Assembly: GCA_900320245.1 (NCBI GenBank)
Contig: ONRP01000008.1
Location: 25,254-89,253 of the forward strand
Source of the DNA: an uncultured Prevotellaceae bacterium
Lineage (GTDB): Bacteria; Bacteroidota; Bacteroidia; Bacteroidales; Muribaculaceae
Reading direction: 5' to 3'
Length of the DNA stretch: 64,000 nt
Positions 34,703-44,346 of the stretch are shown here, in pieces. The notes under the pieces are model-generated. The model saw only the letters and a list, made by a program, of their open reading frames with translations, did no database searches and was not told the origin of the DNA. Position 1 is the stretch's first letter. Each line of letters starts with the position of its first letter. Position numbers and translations under genes: made by a program.

Positions 34703-35896
34703 TTAGGCGAGTTTGGCGAGGGCCTCGGCGATGCGCTTGGCGGCCTCGCGCAGGTTCTCGTCGCTGGTGGCGTAACTCAGGCGGATGTAGCCCGGGCAGC
34801 AGAAAGCGCTGCCTGCCACGGTGGCGACATGTGCCTCGTTGAGCAGGTACAGGGCGAGGTCGTTATCGTCGTTGATGACGGTGTCGCCGCAGCGCTTGCC
34901 GTAGTAGTGCTCCACCTTGGGGAAGGCATAGAAGGCGCCATCGGGCATATTGAGTTCGAAGCCGGGAATCTCCTGCAGCAGACCCACGATGAGGTTGCGG
35001 CGGCGCTCAAATGCAACGCGCATCTCCTCGACGCAGTCCTGAGGGCTATTATAAGCGGCCTCGGCAGCCTTCTGGGCAATCGAGGAAACGCCGCTGGTGT
35101 ACTGTCCCTGCAGTTTGGTCACAGCCTTGGCAACCCACAGCGGGGCGGCGATGTAACCGATACGGTAACCGGTCATGGCATAGGACTTGGACACACCGTT
35201 GACGATGACCACCTGGTCCTTGATGGCATCGAACTGTGCCAGCGACTCATGCTTGCCCACATAGTTGATGTGCTCATAAATCTCGTCGGCGATGACCATC
35301 ACATTGGGGTGACGCTCAAGCATCGCGGCGATGGCCTTCAACTCGTCGTAGGTGTAGATGGCACCACTGGGGTTGCTGGGCGAGCAGATGACGATGAGGC
35401 GGGTCTTCTCGGTCATGACGGCCTCGAGTTCCTCGGCAGTCACCTTGAAGTTCTTCTCCATGCTCGAGGGCAGCAGGATGTTCTTGCCGCCGGTGAGGTT
35501 GACCATCTGCATGTAACTTACCCATGCGGGGGTCGGGATGATGACCTCATCACCAGGGTTGATGAGCGCCATGATGGCATTGCACAACTCGTGCTTGGCA
35601 CCATTGCCGATGACAATCTGGTCGGGGGTGTACTCCAAGCCATTCTCGCGGCGCAGTTTCTCGCTTACAGCCTGACGCAGCGACAGGTAGCCGGGAACGG
35701 GTGAATAGAACGAGAAGTTGTCGTCGATGGCCTGACGGGCGGCAGCCTTGATGTGGTCGGGAGTGAAGAAGTCGGGTTCGCCCACCGAGAGGTTAATCAC
35801 ATCCACGCCCTGAGCGCGCAACTCGCTGCTCTTTTGCGACATGGCCAAAGTGGCACTGGGTGCCAGTGCGTTAATACGGTCCGAAAGTCGGTTCAT
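34703..35896 (-). CDS. aspartate/aromatic aminotransferase (class I PLP enzyme)
   Basis: 397 aa with the N-terminus LSDRINALAPSATLAM and an SKSYAMTGYRIGY lysine motif. Confidence 0.85.
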   Translation of the reverse strand: MNRLSDRINALAPSATLAMSQKSSELRAQGVDVINLSVGEPDFFTPDHIKAAARQAIDDNFSFYSPVPGYLSLRQAVSEKLRRENGLEYTPDQIVIGNGAKHELCNAIMALINPGDEVIIPTPAWVSYMQMVNLTGGKNILLPSSMEKNFKVTAEELEAVMTEKTRLIVICSPSNPSGAIYTYDELKAIAAMLERHPNVMVIADEIYEHINYVGKHESLAQFDAIKDQVVIVNGVSKSYAMTGYRIGYIAAPLWVAKAVTKLQGQYTSGVSSIAQKAAEAAYNSPQDCVEEMRVAFERRRNLIVGLLQEIPGFELNMPDGAFYAFPKVEHYYGKRCGDTVINDDNDLALYLLNEAHVATVAGSAFCCPGYIRLSYATSDENLREAAKRIAEALAKLA

Positions 35897-35941
35897 TGTT
35901 GTATAGTTTTAAGTTCTAAGTTAATTAGTCGTTGTTTGGTG

Positions 35942-35949
35942 CAAAGGTA
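35942..35949 (-). promoter_or_regulatory. putative -7 box (TACCTTTG) for the aminotransferase
   Basis: Matches TAnnTTTG on the minus strand, 46 nt upstream of the ATG. Confidence 0.5.
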
Positions 35950-36020
35950 GTAAAAAAGCGGTTAGGTGTTAGTTATTTGCTATTAGTTTTTTGCTACAAC
36001 TTTGATTTTTTGCTTCAACT

Positions 36021-36078
36021 CCTCACTCCTCACTCCTAATTCCTCACTCCTCACTCCTAATTCCTCACTCCTCACTCT
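36021..36078. repeat. heptamer array with 21-bp higher order (CCTCACT CCTCACT CCTAATT)
   Basis: Read directly, about 8 units. The TGA stop of the 36072 gene lies in the last unit. Confidence 0.95.
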
Positions 36079-37034
36079 TTAGGCACCACCCTGCCGTTGA
36101 CAACCTTGAAGCGGCGGTCAAACTCCTCGCGCGTCCTTTTCCAGCGGTTGTGGCTCCACAGCCAGTACTGCGGGGCACGGTTGATAGTCTGCTCAAAGCG
36201 GCGGAAGAACTCGTCGGTCAACTCAAACTCGCCCATCGTCGACGGGTCACGCGTGATGACCTGTAACTCACACTCATAGCGCCCGCGTCCCACATGCTTG
36301 ACATCAACATAGACGGCGGCTTGGTTTTGGGAGTGGACGATGCGTTCGATGCCGGTGAACACGGGCGTATCCTCATGGTTGAGGAAGGTGAGCCAGTGGT
36401 GGATGTTCTCCCACTTGGGCACCTGGTCGTTGATGTAACCCAGGATGGTGGGACGGCCGTCACGCTTGTTGCCCAGAATCCAGCGCAGCGTGTCGTTCTT
36501 GGCGACGCTGTCCGAGCCCATGCGCCCGCGCGCCTTCAACACCACGCGGTTAAAGACTTTGTTCTCGAGCGGATGATAGATCTGCCCCATCGTCACCTTG
36601 TCGTTGACCAGGGGGCGCAGCCACAGCACCAACGAGGACACCCATTCCCAGTTGCCGTAATGTCCCAGCAACAGCGCCACCGACTGTCCGCTGTTCAGAA
36701 TCTCGGCCACCTGCTCGCTGCCCTTAAAGGTCATGCGACGCATGATGTTCTTGTCGCTGATGGTGGTATACTTTATTGTCTCTGCAACCAGGTCGCACAT
36801 GTGGCGGTAGAACTGCCGCTGAAGCGTCTTCAGTTCCCGCTCGCTCTTGTCGGGGTAGGATTGGGAAAGGTTTTTCCAGATGACGCGACGGCGATAGCGC
36901 AGCACATAGGCCACCAGCACGAACAGGATGTCACTGAACAAGTAGTGCATCCACATGGGCAGCAGCGACAACGCATACCACGCGCCATACACCACCCAAA
37001 ACGCTATGTTGTTCAATATCTTTTTCATTGGCAA
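36072..37034 (-). CDS. lipid A biosynthesis lauroyl/lysophospholipid acyltransferase family (LpxL/HtrB-like)
   Basis: 320 aa with an N-terminal TM segment and an HYGNWEW acyltransferase motif. An alternative start is at 37028. Confidence 0.75.
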   Translation of the reverse strand: MPMKKILNNIAFWVVYGAWYALSLLPMWMHYLFSDILFVLVAYVLRYRRRVIWKNLSQSYPDKSERELKTLQRQFYRHMCDLVAETIKYTTISDKNIMRRMTFKGSEQVAEILNSGQSVALLLGHYGNWEWVSSLVLWLRPLVNDKVTMGQIYHPLENKVFNRVVLKARGRMGSDSVAKNDTLRWILGNKRDGRPTILGYINDQVPKWENIHHWLTFLNHEDTPVFTGIERIVHSQNQAAVYVDVKHVGRGRYECELQVITRDPSTMGEFELTDEFFRRFEQTINRAPQYWLWSHNRWKRTREEFDRRFKVVNGRVVPKE

Positions 37035-37128
37035 CTGCGAAAGTACAACATTTTCAAATCATAGGCAAATTTCAGCCCCGCCAAGCCATTATCGCCACGC
37101 CTTGTCCCGCGATTTGGACAAAATTTAG

Positions 37129-37136
37129 TAATTTTG
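37129..37136 (+). promoter_or_regulatory. putative -7 box (TAATTTTG) only 9 nt before the ATG, giving a near-leaderless transcript
   Basis: Matches TAnnTTTG. Confidence 0.4.
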
Positions 37137-37144
37137 CACCCGCT

Positions 37145-38125
37145 ATGAAAGCCATCATCACCTTTTTGAAGAATTGGACGTTGCCCAGCGCGATTGTGTC
37201 GGGCACGGTCATCTATCTGATATTCTACTGGGTGCGCGCCCTCGACCCGGTGAGCGAAGTGATGGAACCGATATTCGACACCATCCTGCCGCTGTTCATG
37301 AGCCTGATTCTGTTCACCACGTTCCTGCGTGTGGATTTCCACAAGATGCGGCCGGCGATGTGGCACCTGTGGGTGTCGGTGTTCCAGGTCATCTTTGTCG
37401 TGCTCATCGTGGCGCTCATCATCGGCTTTGACATGAAAGGCAAGGACCTGATTCTGATGGAGGGCATCCTGACGTGTGTCATCTGCCCGGGGGCCAGCGC
37501 AGCCCCTGTGGTGACGGGCAAACTGGGCGGCAACCTCGAGACGATGACCTCCTATGTGTTCCTGTCCAACATCGTCACGGTGGTCGCTGTACCAGTCGTG
37601 TTCCCGCTCATCGACAACAACGTCGACATCAACTTCTGGACGGCCTTCTGGATGATTATGTACAAGGTGTTCCTCGTGCTGGTGCTGCCCTTGATTGCCG
37701 CCTACCTGGTCAAGCACTACCTGCCACGCGTGCAGCAACGGCTGGTAGCCATCCAGGACCTGTCGTTCTACATGTGGGGCATCTCGCTGACGATTGTCAC
37801 GGGCTGCACGGTCAAGAACATCATCAATAGCGGCGCTCCCGTGGTGTTCCTCGTCACCATTGCCCTGGTGTCACTGCTCATCTGTCTGGCACAGTTTGCC
37901 GTGGGACGCTACATCGGGCACTTCTTCGGCACCGTCATCGAGAGCGGCCAGGGACTGGGACAGAAGAACACGGCCTTTGCCGTGTGGATTGCCTACACCT
38001 ACTTGAGCCCGCTGTCGGTGGCAGGCCCCGGCTGCTACATCCTGTGGCAGAACGCCATCAACAGCCTGGAGATTTGGCATCACCGAAAGCAGGCGGAATC
38101 TCACGCTAAGCCGCAAAGGCGCTAA
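37145..38125 (+). CDS. polytopic transporter, bile acid:sodium symporter (SBF-like) superfamily
   Basis: About 326 aa from the Met at 37145, with 9-10 TM segments. The last 8 codons and the stop are encoded by a CGCTAAG repeat module. Confidence 0.6.
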   Translation: MKAIITFLKNWTLPSAIVSGTVIYLIFYWVRALDPVSEVMEPIFDTILPLFMSLILFTTFLRVDFHKMRPAMWHLWVSVFQVIFVVLIVALIIGFDMKGKDLILMEGILTCVICPGASAAPVVTGKLGGNLETMTSYVFLSNIVTVVAVPVVFPLIDNNVDINFWTAFWMIMYKVFLVLVLPLIAAYLVKHYLPRVQQRLVAIQDLSFYMWGISLTIVTGCTVKNIINSGAPVVFLVTIALVSLLICLAQFAVGRYIGHFFGTVIESGQGLGQKNTAFAVWIAYTYLSPLSVAGPGCYILWQNAINSLEIWHHRKQAESHAKPQRR

Positions 38126-38195
38126 GTTTTTAATCTTTTGCGAGCCTCTTGCGAGCAACAATAGTATCTTTGCGACTTCACGCCTTAGCGTGAGG
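38098..38195. repeat. palindromic pair ctcacgctaagccgcaaaggcgctaag ... ccttagcgtgagg
   Basis: Read directly. The pair encloses a TATCTTTG box at 38165-38172. Confidence 0.8.
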
Positions 38196-38220
38196 AAAAT
38201 ATGACTAAACTGCACTAACG

Positions 38221-38697
38221 ATGAAGAAACTGATTAATCCATATCTTGACAAGCAGGGTTACAACTGCTTCGGCTGCAGCCCGACGAATCCCATCGGCCT
38301 GCACCTTGAATTTTGGGAAGACGGCGAAGACGTCGTCACCACCTGGTCGCCCTGCGTGAACTATGACGGCTGGGTCGAGACCCTGCATGGCGGCATCATC
38401 AGCACGCTCATCGACGAACTCGCCAACTGGGTCCTCTCGAGGCGCCTTCAGGCTGCCGGCGTGACCACCAAACTGGAAGTGAAATTCCGCCGTCCTGTCT
38501 CCACCCGTGACCCCAAAATCACCCTGCGCGGACACATCACCGGCAACGTGCGAAACTACTACACCGTCCACGTCACGCTGCACGACAGCCAGGGACGCCT
38601 GTGTGACGAGGGCGACGTTACCTACTGCATGTTCGACCAGGAACACTCCCGGCAGATGGGCTTCACGGCCTGCCTCACAGAAGACGAAGCCGACTAA
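38221..38697 (+). CDS. PaaI-family hotdog-fold thioesterase
   Basis: 158 aa with the HGG(I)ISTLIDE motif. Confidence 0.75.
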   Translation: MKKLINPYLDKQGYNCFGCSPTNPIGLHLEFWEDGEDVVTTWSPCVNYDGWVETLHGGIISTLIDELANWVLSRRLQAAGVTTKLEVKFRRPVSTRDPKITLRGHITGNVRNYYTVHVTLHDSQGRLCDEGDVTYCMFDQEHSRQMGFTACLTEDEAD

Positions 38698-39824
38698 TTA
38701 TTGATTGATTGGGTGATGAGGCTGGCTGCGGTGGCGGTGCTCACCTCAGTGCCGAGGCGCTCAGCAAGGCGGCCGTAACCGTCAAGCATGGCCTTGCGCT
38801 CGAGGGTGTCGCCGAGCAGTTGGGTCAAGTGGCTGTCGATGCTGTCCAGAGTGCACATGTGCATCAGCAGTTCAGGGATGACGAGATCGTCGGTGATGAG
38901 GTTGGGCAGGGTGACGTATTTAACCTTTAAGATTTTCTTGTAGAAATTATAGGTCCACTTGCTACCGTTGAAGCGGTAGCAGGCAACCTGGGGTGTACCC
39001 AGCAGGGCGGTCTCGAGTGTCGCGGTGCCCGAGGTGACCAGCGCCACGCGGGCATGGTGCACGAGCGGATAGGTGGCATCGCGCAGCACGGGCACAACTT
39101 TGTCCCCCATCACCTCACGGTACAGGCTGTCGTCGATGCTCGGCGCTCCGGCGATGACTGCCTGGAACTCGGAATGGCGGGCCGCGGCCTCGATCATCAA
39201 CGGCAAGTTGTCGCGGATTTCCCTCACGCGCGAACCGGGCACGAGGGCGATGATGGGGCGGTCGGCAAGACCGTATTGAGCAATGAAACCGGCAAATTCA
39301 GGGAACTCTTTGCTCGCCTGAGCCACTTCCTGCACGGTGGGGTTACCCACATAGGTGGCCTGATAGCCGCGCTCACGGTACCAGTCGGGCTCGAAGGGCA
39401 GGATGCAGTACATGTGGTCAACATAGCGGCGGATGTCCTTGACACGCCACTCCTTCCACACCCACACCTTGGGCGAAATGAAATAGTGCACGGGAATGCC
39501 CAGATTATGGGCATATTTAGCGACCTTGAGGTTAAACGACGGATAATCCACAAGAATCAGGGCATCGGGCTGCCACTCGTCGATGGCACGGCGCGCAGTG
39601 CCCAGGAAACCGAGGATTTTGCCCAGGTGCTTCACCACATCCATAAAGCCCATATAGGCCATGTCGCGGAAGTGGATGATGGGCTGGTAGCCAGCCTGTT
39701 CGGCCATCAGGTCGCCACCCAGGAAGCGGAACTCGGCCTGGGCATCTTCCTGCTTGAGCGAGGCCATCAGATGAGAGGCGTGCAGGTCGCCCGAGGCCTC
39801 TCCGGCGATGATGAAGTATTTCAT
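38694..39824 (-). CDS. lpxB: lipid-A-disaccharide synthase
   Basis: 376 aa with the N-terminus KYFIIAGEASGDLH. Its stop overlaps the convergent thioesterase stop. Confidence 0.9.
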   Translation of the reverse strand: MKYFIIAGEASGDLHASHLMASLKQEDAQAEFRFLGGDLMAEQAGYQPIIHFRDMAYMGFMDVVKHLGKILGFLGTARRAIDEWQPDALILVDYPSFNLKVAKYAHNLGIPVHYFISPKVWVWKEWRVKDIRRYVDHMYCILPFEPDWYRERGYQATYVGNPTVQEVAQASKEFPEFAGFIAQYGLADRPIIALVPGSRVREIRDNLPLMIEAAARHSEFQAVIAGAPSIDDSLYREVMGDKVVPVLRDATYPLVHHARVALVTSGTATLETALLGTPQVACYRFNGSKWTYNFYKKILKVKYVTLPNLITDDLVIPELLMHMCTLDSIDSHLTQLLGDTLERKAMLDGYGRLAERLGTEVSTATAASLITQSINN

Positions 39825-40321
39825 ACCTTGTCGCGTCGTTTTAGGGTCACGAAATCAAACTCATAGGCATTGCGGTGGTCGCTCTGGTGGTGCTCACGGC
39901 TCACCTCCTGCCACTCGTCGGGGTCAAGTGCCGGAAAAAAGGCGTCGGCACTGGCCCAACGGGCATGTATCTGCGTCAGGTGCAGCACGTCGACCAGCGG
40001 CAGCGCCTGCTCATAGACCTGCGCCCCGCCGATGATGAAGACGGTGTCGGTCTGTGCGGCAGCGATGGCCTCCTCCACGCTGTGCGCCACTGTCACGCCG
40101 GGATATTGCCAATCGGCATTACGGGTGATGACGATATTCTGGCGGCCCGGCAGCGGGCGACGCGGAAAAGACTCGAAGGTCTTGCGCCCCATGACGATGC
40201 TGTGGCCCATGGTCACCTCCTTGAAGTGCTTCATGTCGGCCGGCAGGTGGCACAACAGGTCGCCCTGGCGACCGATGGCCCCATTCCCATCAATAGCAAC
40301 TATCGCCTGAATGGATTTCAT
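39821..40321 (-). CDS. folA: dihydrofolate reductase
   Basis: 166 aa with IGRQGDLLCHLPADMKHFKEVT and GRKTFES motifs. It overlaps the lpxB start by 4 nt. Confidence 0.9.
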   Translation of the reverse strand: MKSIQAIVAIDGNGAIGRQGDLLCHLPADMKHFKEVTMGHSIVMGRKTFESFPRRPLPGRQNIVITRNADWQYPGVTVAHSVEEAIAAAQTDTVFIIGGAQVYEQALPLVDVLHLTQIHARWASADAFFPALDPDEWQEVSREHHQSDHRNAYEFDFVTLKRRDKV

Positions 40322-40336
40322 ATCGCTGAATTCTGA

Positions 40337-41131
40337 TTAAACCGACACCACACCCTTGATGGCGGGCCAGGGATCATAGCCCTCGAGCGTGAAGTCCTCA
40401 TACTTGTAGTCGTCGATGCTCTTGACCTCGGGGTTGAGCACCATGCGGGGCAACGGACGTGGCTCACGCGAGAGTTGCTCCCTAATCTGGTCAAAGTGGT
40501 TGCGGTAGATGTGGGCGTCACCGAAGGTGTGGACGAACTCGCCCGGCTCTAAGCCCGTGACATGGGCCACCATCATCAGCAACAAGGCATAGGATGCGAT
40601 GTTGAACGGCACGCCCAGGAACAGGTCGGCGCTGCGCTGATAGAGTTGCAGGCTCAACTTGCCCTCGGCCACATAGAACTGGAACAGCGAGTGGCACGGC
40701 GGCAGTTTCATCGTGGGCACCTCGGCCACATTCCATGCGCTGACCATGATGCGGCGGCTGTCAGGCGTATTTTTGATCTGGTCGATAACCTGGGCAATCT
40801 GGTCAATGGTGCCGCCCTTGCCGTCGGGCCAGGCGCGCCACTGGCTGCCGTAGACGGGCCCCAGGTCGCCGTTCTCGTCGGCCCACTCGTTCCAGATGCG
40901 TACGCCATGCTCCTGCAGCCAGCGCACATTGGTGTCGCCGCGCAGGAACCACAGCAGTTCGTAGATGATGGACTTGAGGTGCACCTTCTTGGTCGTCAAC
41001 AGCGGGAAACCGTCGGCCAGATCACAGCGCAACTGGTAGCCGAACACGCTGCGCGTGCCCGTTCCCGTGCGATCCTCCTTGTCCACACCGTGCTCCATCA
41101 CGTGGCGCACCAGGTCAAGATACTGTTTCAT
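40337..41131 (-). CDS. thyA: thymidylate synthase
   Basis: 264 aa with DRTGTGT, the LPPCH active-site Cys and DAHIY motifs. Confidence 0.95.
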   Translation of the reverse strand: MKQYLDLVRHVMEHGVDKEDRTGTGTRSVFGYQLRCDLADGFPLLTTKKVHLKSIIYELLWFLRGDTNVRWLQEHGVRIWNEWADENGDLGPVYGSQWRAWPDGKGGTIDQIAQVIDQIKNTPDSRRIMVSAWNVAEVPTMKLPPCHSLFQFYVAEGKLSLQLYQRSADLFLGVPFNIASYALLLMMVAHVTGLEPGEFVHTFGDAHIYRNHFDQIREQLSREPRPLPRMVLNPEVKSIDDYKYEDFTLEGYDPWPAIKGVVSV

Positions 41132-41186
41132 CGTCTTTTTATCATTTGTCGAGACGCTACTTCACGGCGCCTCGGTTAACTCATTC

Positions 41187-41561
41187 TTACCAGTCAAAAA
41201 TATTGCGCAGCAGCCACCACGAGAGTGTCAAGGCCAGGAACAGCGACATGAGCAACTCGGGATTCAGACGGGCATACAGCCGCGGATTGCGGGTACGGCG
41301 GCTCTCGGCAAACAGGCATAGCCCCATCCAGGGAACGGCAATCATCAGCAGCGCATTGAACCTGAAAGCACCTGCCACATCACCGTTCAGCAGGGCGTGG
41401 ACAGCACGCTGACCACCGCAGCCGGGACACTTGTAGCCCGTGAGCGACAGGAACGAACATCGGGGAAAGGCATCGCTGGTCGACGGGTCAAGGGCATAAT
41501 AGATGAAGCCCAACACCAGCATCACGAGCCCAGCGACCACCAGCAGAAGAGAGCGCCGCAT
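41187..41561 (-). CDS. DUF2752 family membrane protein
   Basis: 124 aa with a CPGCGGQRA motif and TM segments. Confidence 0.65.
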   Translation of the reverse strand: MRRSLLLVVAGLVMLVLGFIYYALDPSTSDAFPRCSFLSLTGYKCPGCGGQRAVHALLNGDVAGAFRFNALLMIAVPWMGLCLFAESRRTRNPRLYARLNPELLMSLFLALTLSWWLLRNIFDW

Positions 41562-41579
41562 GCCGCACGGACCTACAGG

Positions 41580-42191
41580 TTACTCTGCACCAAGCAGCGG
41601 CAGCAGGTAACCAAAAGGCAACGAGATGATGCCCAGCACAAACGATGCGATGCACCACCAGGCGCTTATCTCGCTGGCGCGCTCGGCACCCTCGATGTCA
41701 CCGGCATTGAACTTGTTCGTCACCTTGACGGCATAGATAATGCTCACGACGCCGGCAGGCAAGCAGCAGCAGATGGTCGAAAAGATGGCCCATGCCAGAT
41801 TGGTGGGAGGACATTTCGCCGCAGGCTGTACCGGGGCGGCAGCAGAGCCGTCCTGGGGCCAAACAGCCTGTTGGGGCTGCTGAATGGCGGCTTCGCCTTG
41901 AGGCTCAGCGGAACGATAGGGCGTCCCGACAACGGCTTCCTCGGGCACGGCGGCTTCGGGCTGCGGCTCCTGGGCCACAGGCTCAACAGGAGGAATTGGG
42001 GGTGTCTCGACCTCGGCATCATCAGCCACAACCTCATACAAACCCTGCAACTCGGGCACCTCAGTGATTTTCACCCAGTCAGTCATTCCCTCGTGCCAAA
42101 CATAGGCGCGCGAAGTGAGCGCCAGATCCTTGAGGCCGTCAATGTCAACAGGACCCGACTGCACTCCGTTATGGTTAATCCAGTACTGCAT
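41580..42191 (-). CDS. GYF_2 (DUF4339) domain plus CD225/dispanin-like membrane protein
   Basis: N-terminus WHEGMTDWVKITEVPEL, a Pro/Glu-rich linker, and a C-terminal CCCLPAGVVSIIYA TM hairpin. Confidence 0.65.
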   Translation of the reverse strand: MQYWINHNGVQSGPVDIDGLKDLALTSRAYVWHEGMTDWVKITEVPELQGLYEVVADDAEVETPPIPPVEPVAQEPQPEAAVPEEAVVGTPYRSAEPQGEAAIQQPQQAVWPQDGSAAAPVQPAAKCPPTNLAWAIFSTICCCLPAGVVSIIYAVKVTNKFNAGDIEGAERASEISAWWCIASFVLGIISLPFGYLLPLLGAE

Positions 42192-42219
42192 AATTCAATT
42201 CTTTTTCATTCAATTGTGG

Positions 42220-42227
42220 CAAAGATA
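42220..42227 (-). promoter_or_regulatory. putative -7 box (TATCTTTG) for the GYF/CD225 gene
   Basis: Matches TAnnTTTG on the minus strand, 29 nt upstream of the ATG. Confidence 0.5.
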
Positions 42228-42740
42228 CTAATAATTTTGTAATCCTCAACAAAAGACCTCTATTTTGTACCGATGCCACCCTGCACAAGGATTGTGCCTC
42301 GCACGAGAAATCAAAAAAACTGCCCCTAAATAATTATTTTGACAATGATATAACTGTTGGTCCAAATATCACTTAAATGCAGTCAGAAATGGCTGCATTT
42401 TTCGTAAAAAATGGAGCATAAGCCGAAACCCATGCTCCTTATCTAAGGGGTGTCTGTACCTACCAACAAAAACGTTGTTTCAGGCCAGCTAGGGCCTATA
42501 TTGCAGCACAACCGATTTGTTTTATTACAAAGGTACTAATAAATATCTTAATGACCAAATATTTCACCAACTTTTTTATCATTTAGACCATATTTCATTT
42601 ATAGTATAAACGCAAACCGATTAAGATTCGCGGGTTTTAGTGGGCCAACTGCTATATCATTGCCATTATTTTTGAGTTCTTGCAAGCCATGGCGAGCAAT
42701 CCCTTTATTGCTCTGGATTGTACTCCTGCTTTTTACGGTA

Positions 42741-43589
42741 TCAGAAGTCGCTGAAGAACCGGGGACGGATGAGCAGGCCGAAACGGATGCGCGAGTGGTA
42801 CTGGTTATAGTCCAACAGCGTCTCGCCGTAGCCGTTGTAGTACTGCAGCATGATAAACTGGTTGGAGTTGTGGTTGATGCGGTAGCCCAATTGCACGATG
42901 GTGTTGAAATTCAGGTTCCAGCCTTTGCGTTTGACCAGGGTCATGTCGAGCACCCACTTCTGGTCGTTGCTGATGGCTTGGAACCCGGCCTGCGAGATAC
43001 CGCTGTACTTCAGGATGTCGCGGTTGTACTCGCCGTCGACGATGGGAATCCAGAACTTGGCATGTGCCATCAGGTTGGGCGAGATGTAGGCCTCGCCGGC
43101 AAGCGAGATTTTGTTCCAACTGCGCGAATGGATACCGTCGCGGCCGTTGGACTCGTGCTCTATCATCACGGTGGCCTTACCCACGAGTTGGCCTTTCATG
43201 ATGATAAATCGCGACAGACCGATTCCCGGGTTGAAGTTCAGATCGTGGAATGGCAGCGAACGCTCGAACACGTTCCACAAGGCCTTTTGTGTATAGAACA
43301 GATACAGGTAGGAATTCCACGGCAACACACTCTTGGTGAGACGTTGCTGGAAACTGATCTGGAACTTCACGTCGCTGTTGTGCTTGGTGGGTGTGCCGCC
43401 AAGGACCGTGCCGCCCACAAAATACGTATCCTTATACAGGCTGAAATAGGGACGGCTGTCCAACTCCTTACGGATGCTGTCGGCAATCTCCTTATCCGAA
43501 TGTTCGGGTATAACAATCTGTGCTTCAGCGGGAATACACAATCCCGCAAATATGGTAATCAATACCAATAAATTGCGCCAAATACTCAT
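42741..43589 (-). CDS. pldA: outer-membrane phospholipase A (OMPLA)
   Basis: 282 aa with signal peptide, HESNG and YYNGYGE motifs. Confidence 0.8.
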   Translation of the reverse strand: MSIWRNLLVLITIFAGLCIPAEAQIVIPEHSDKEIADSIRKELDSRPYFSLYKDTYFVGGTVLGGTPTKHNSDVKFQISFQQRLTKSVLPWNSYLYLFYTQKALWNVFERSLPFHDLNFNPGIGLSRFIIMKGQLVGKATVMIEHESNGRDGIHSRSWNKISLAGEAYISPNLMAHAKFWIPIVDGEYNRDILKYSGISQAGFQAISNDQKWVLDMTLVKRKGWNLNFNTIVQLGYRINHNSNQFIMLQYYNGYGETLLDYNQYHSRIRFGLLIRPRFFSDF

Positions 43590-43627
43590 AAGTGCTCAAT
43601 AGTTTGATGGCGCAAAAATACATATAA

Positions 43628-44338
43628 TTATCCAATCAGCCAAATCATCAGATACCATAATGGGGGCACGAGCAGGGCAGGCAGCATGTTAAGGACGTGG
43701 CAGTCCTTGATGCGCAGCAGCGACAGGCCCGAGCCCGTGATGAGCAGACCGCCCACAATGAGCAGTTCGGCCATCAATGCGTCGCTCACAGCCTGGCTCG
43801 ACAGCGTCGCCACACAGTAGAACAGGCCTTGCCACAGGAACAATACAGGTGCCGCCAGCAACATGCCGATGCCGTAGGTCGAACCGAAGATGGTCGCCGT
43901 CACCAGGTCGAGGGTGGCGTTGGTGAACAGGAAGGTGTTGTCTCCCTCGAGCGCGCTGATGACAGGTCCCAGCATCGACAACGGCCCGATACAGTAGATG
44001 AGCGTGGCTGTCGCCAAGCCGTCGGCCAGACGAGACCGCGAGTCGGCACTCCCTTCACGCTTGCTCTTGCGCTCCACCAGCCGATGGAAACGCCCGTCGA
44101 TATCAAGGGCCACACCCACGAGGCTGCCGATGGCCATTGCCGCGATAAACAGCACGGGATACTGGCTCTTAGGGAAATTGGATACCACCGCATTCAGGCC
44201 GATGGCAAAGCATGCCAACCCCAACGCGTCATAGAGCACTTGCTTGTATTTCTCCTTAATGCCACGGTGCAGCGCCACGCCGATGAGCGTGCCGGCCACA
44301 ATCGTGCAAGTATTGACAATGGTTCCTAACATAATCAT
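43628..44338 (-). CDS. DUF554 family membrane protein
   Basis: The N-terminus MLGTIVNT..AGTLIG is typical of the family. The start was chosen downstream of the neighbouring gene's stop. Confidence 0.7.
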   Translation of the reverse strand: MIMLGTIVNTCTIVAGTLIGVALHRGIKEKYKQVLYDALGLACFAIGLNAVVSNFPKSQYPVLFIAAMAIGSLVGVALDIDGRFHRLVERKSKREGSADSRSRLADGLATATLIYCIGPLSMLGPVISALEGDNTFLFTNATLDLVTATIFGSTYGIGMLLAAPVLFLWQGLFYCVATLSSQAVSDALMAELLIVGGLLITGSGLSLLRIKDCHVLNMLPALLVPPLWYLMIWLIG

Positions 44339-44346
44339 TATTTCAT

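Noticed and set aside
38694-38697. The 4-nt overlap of the convergent thioesterase and lpxB stop codons, and the 4-nt lpxB/folA and rnpA/yidD overlaps, as something unusual.
   Set aside because: Short overlaps of this kind are common in compact bacterial operons, and nothing else is anomalous.
42405-42521. The candidate minus-strand small RNA being SRP (4.5S) RNA or 6S RNA.
   Set aside because: I could not find the conserved SRP domain IV motifs (GGAA/AGCA-type symmetric loop) or the length and architecture of 6S RNA. It remains an unclassified candidate only.
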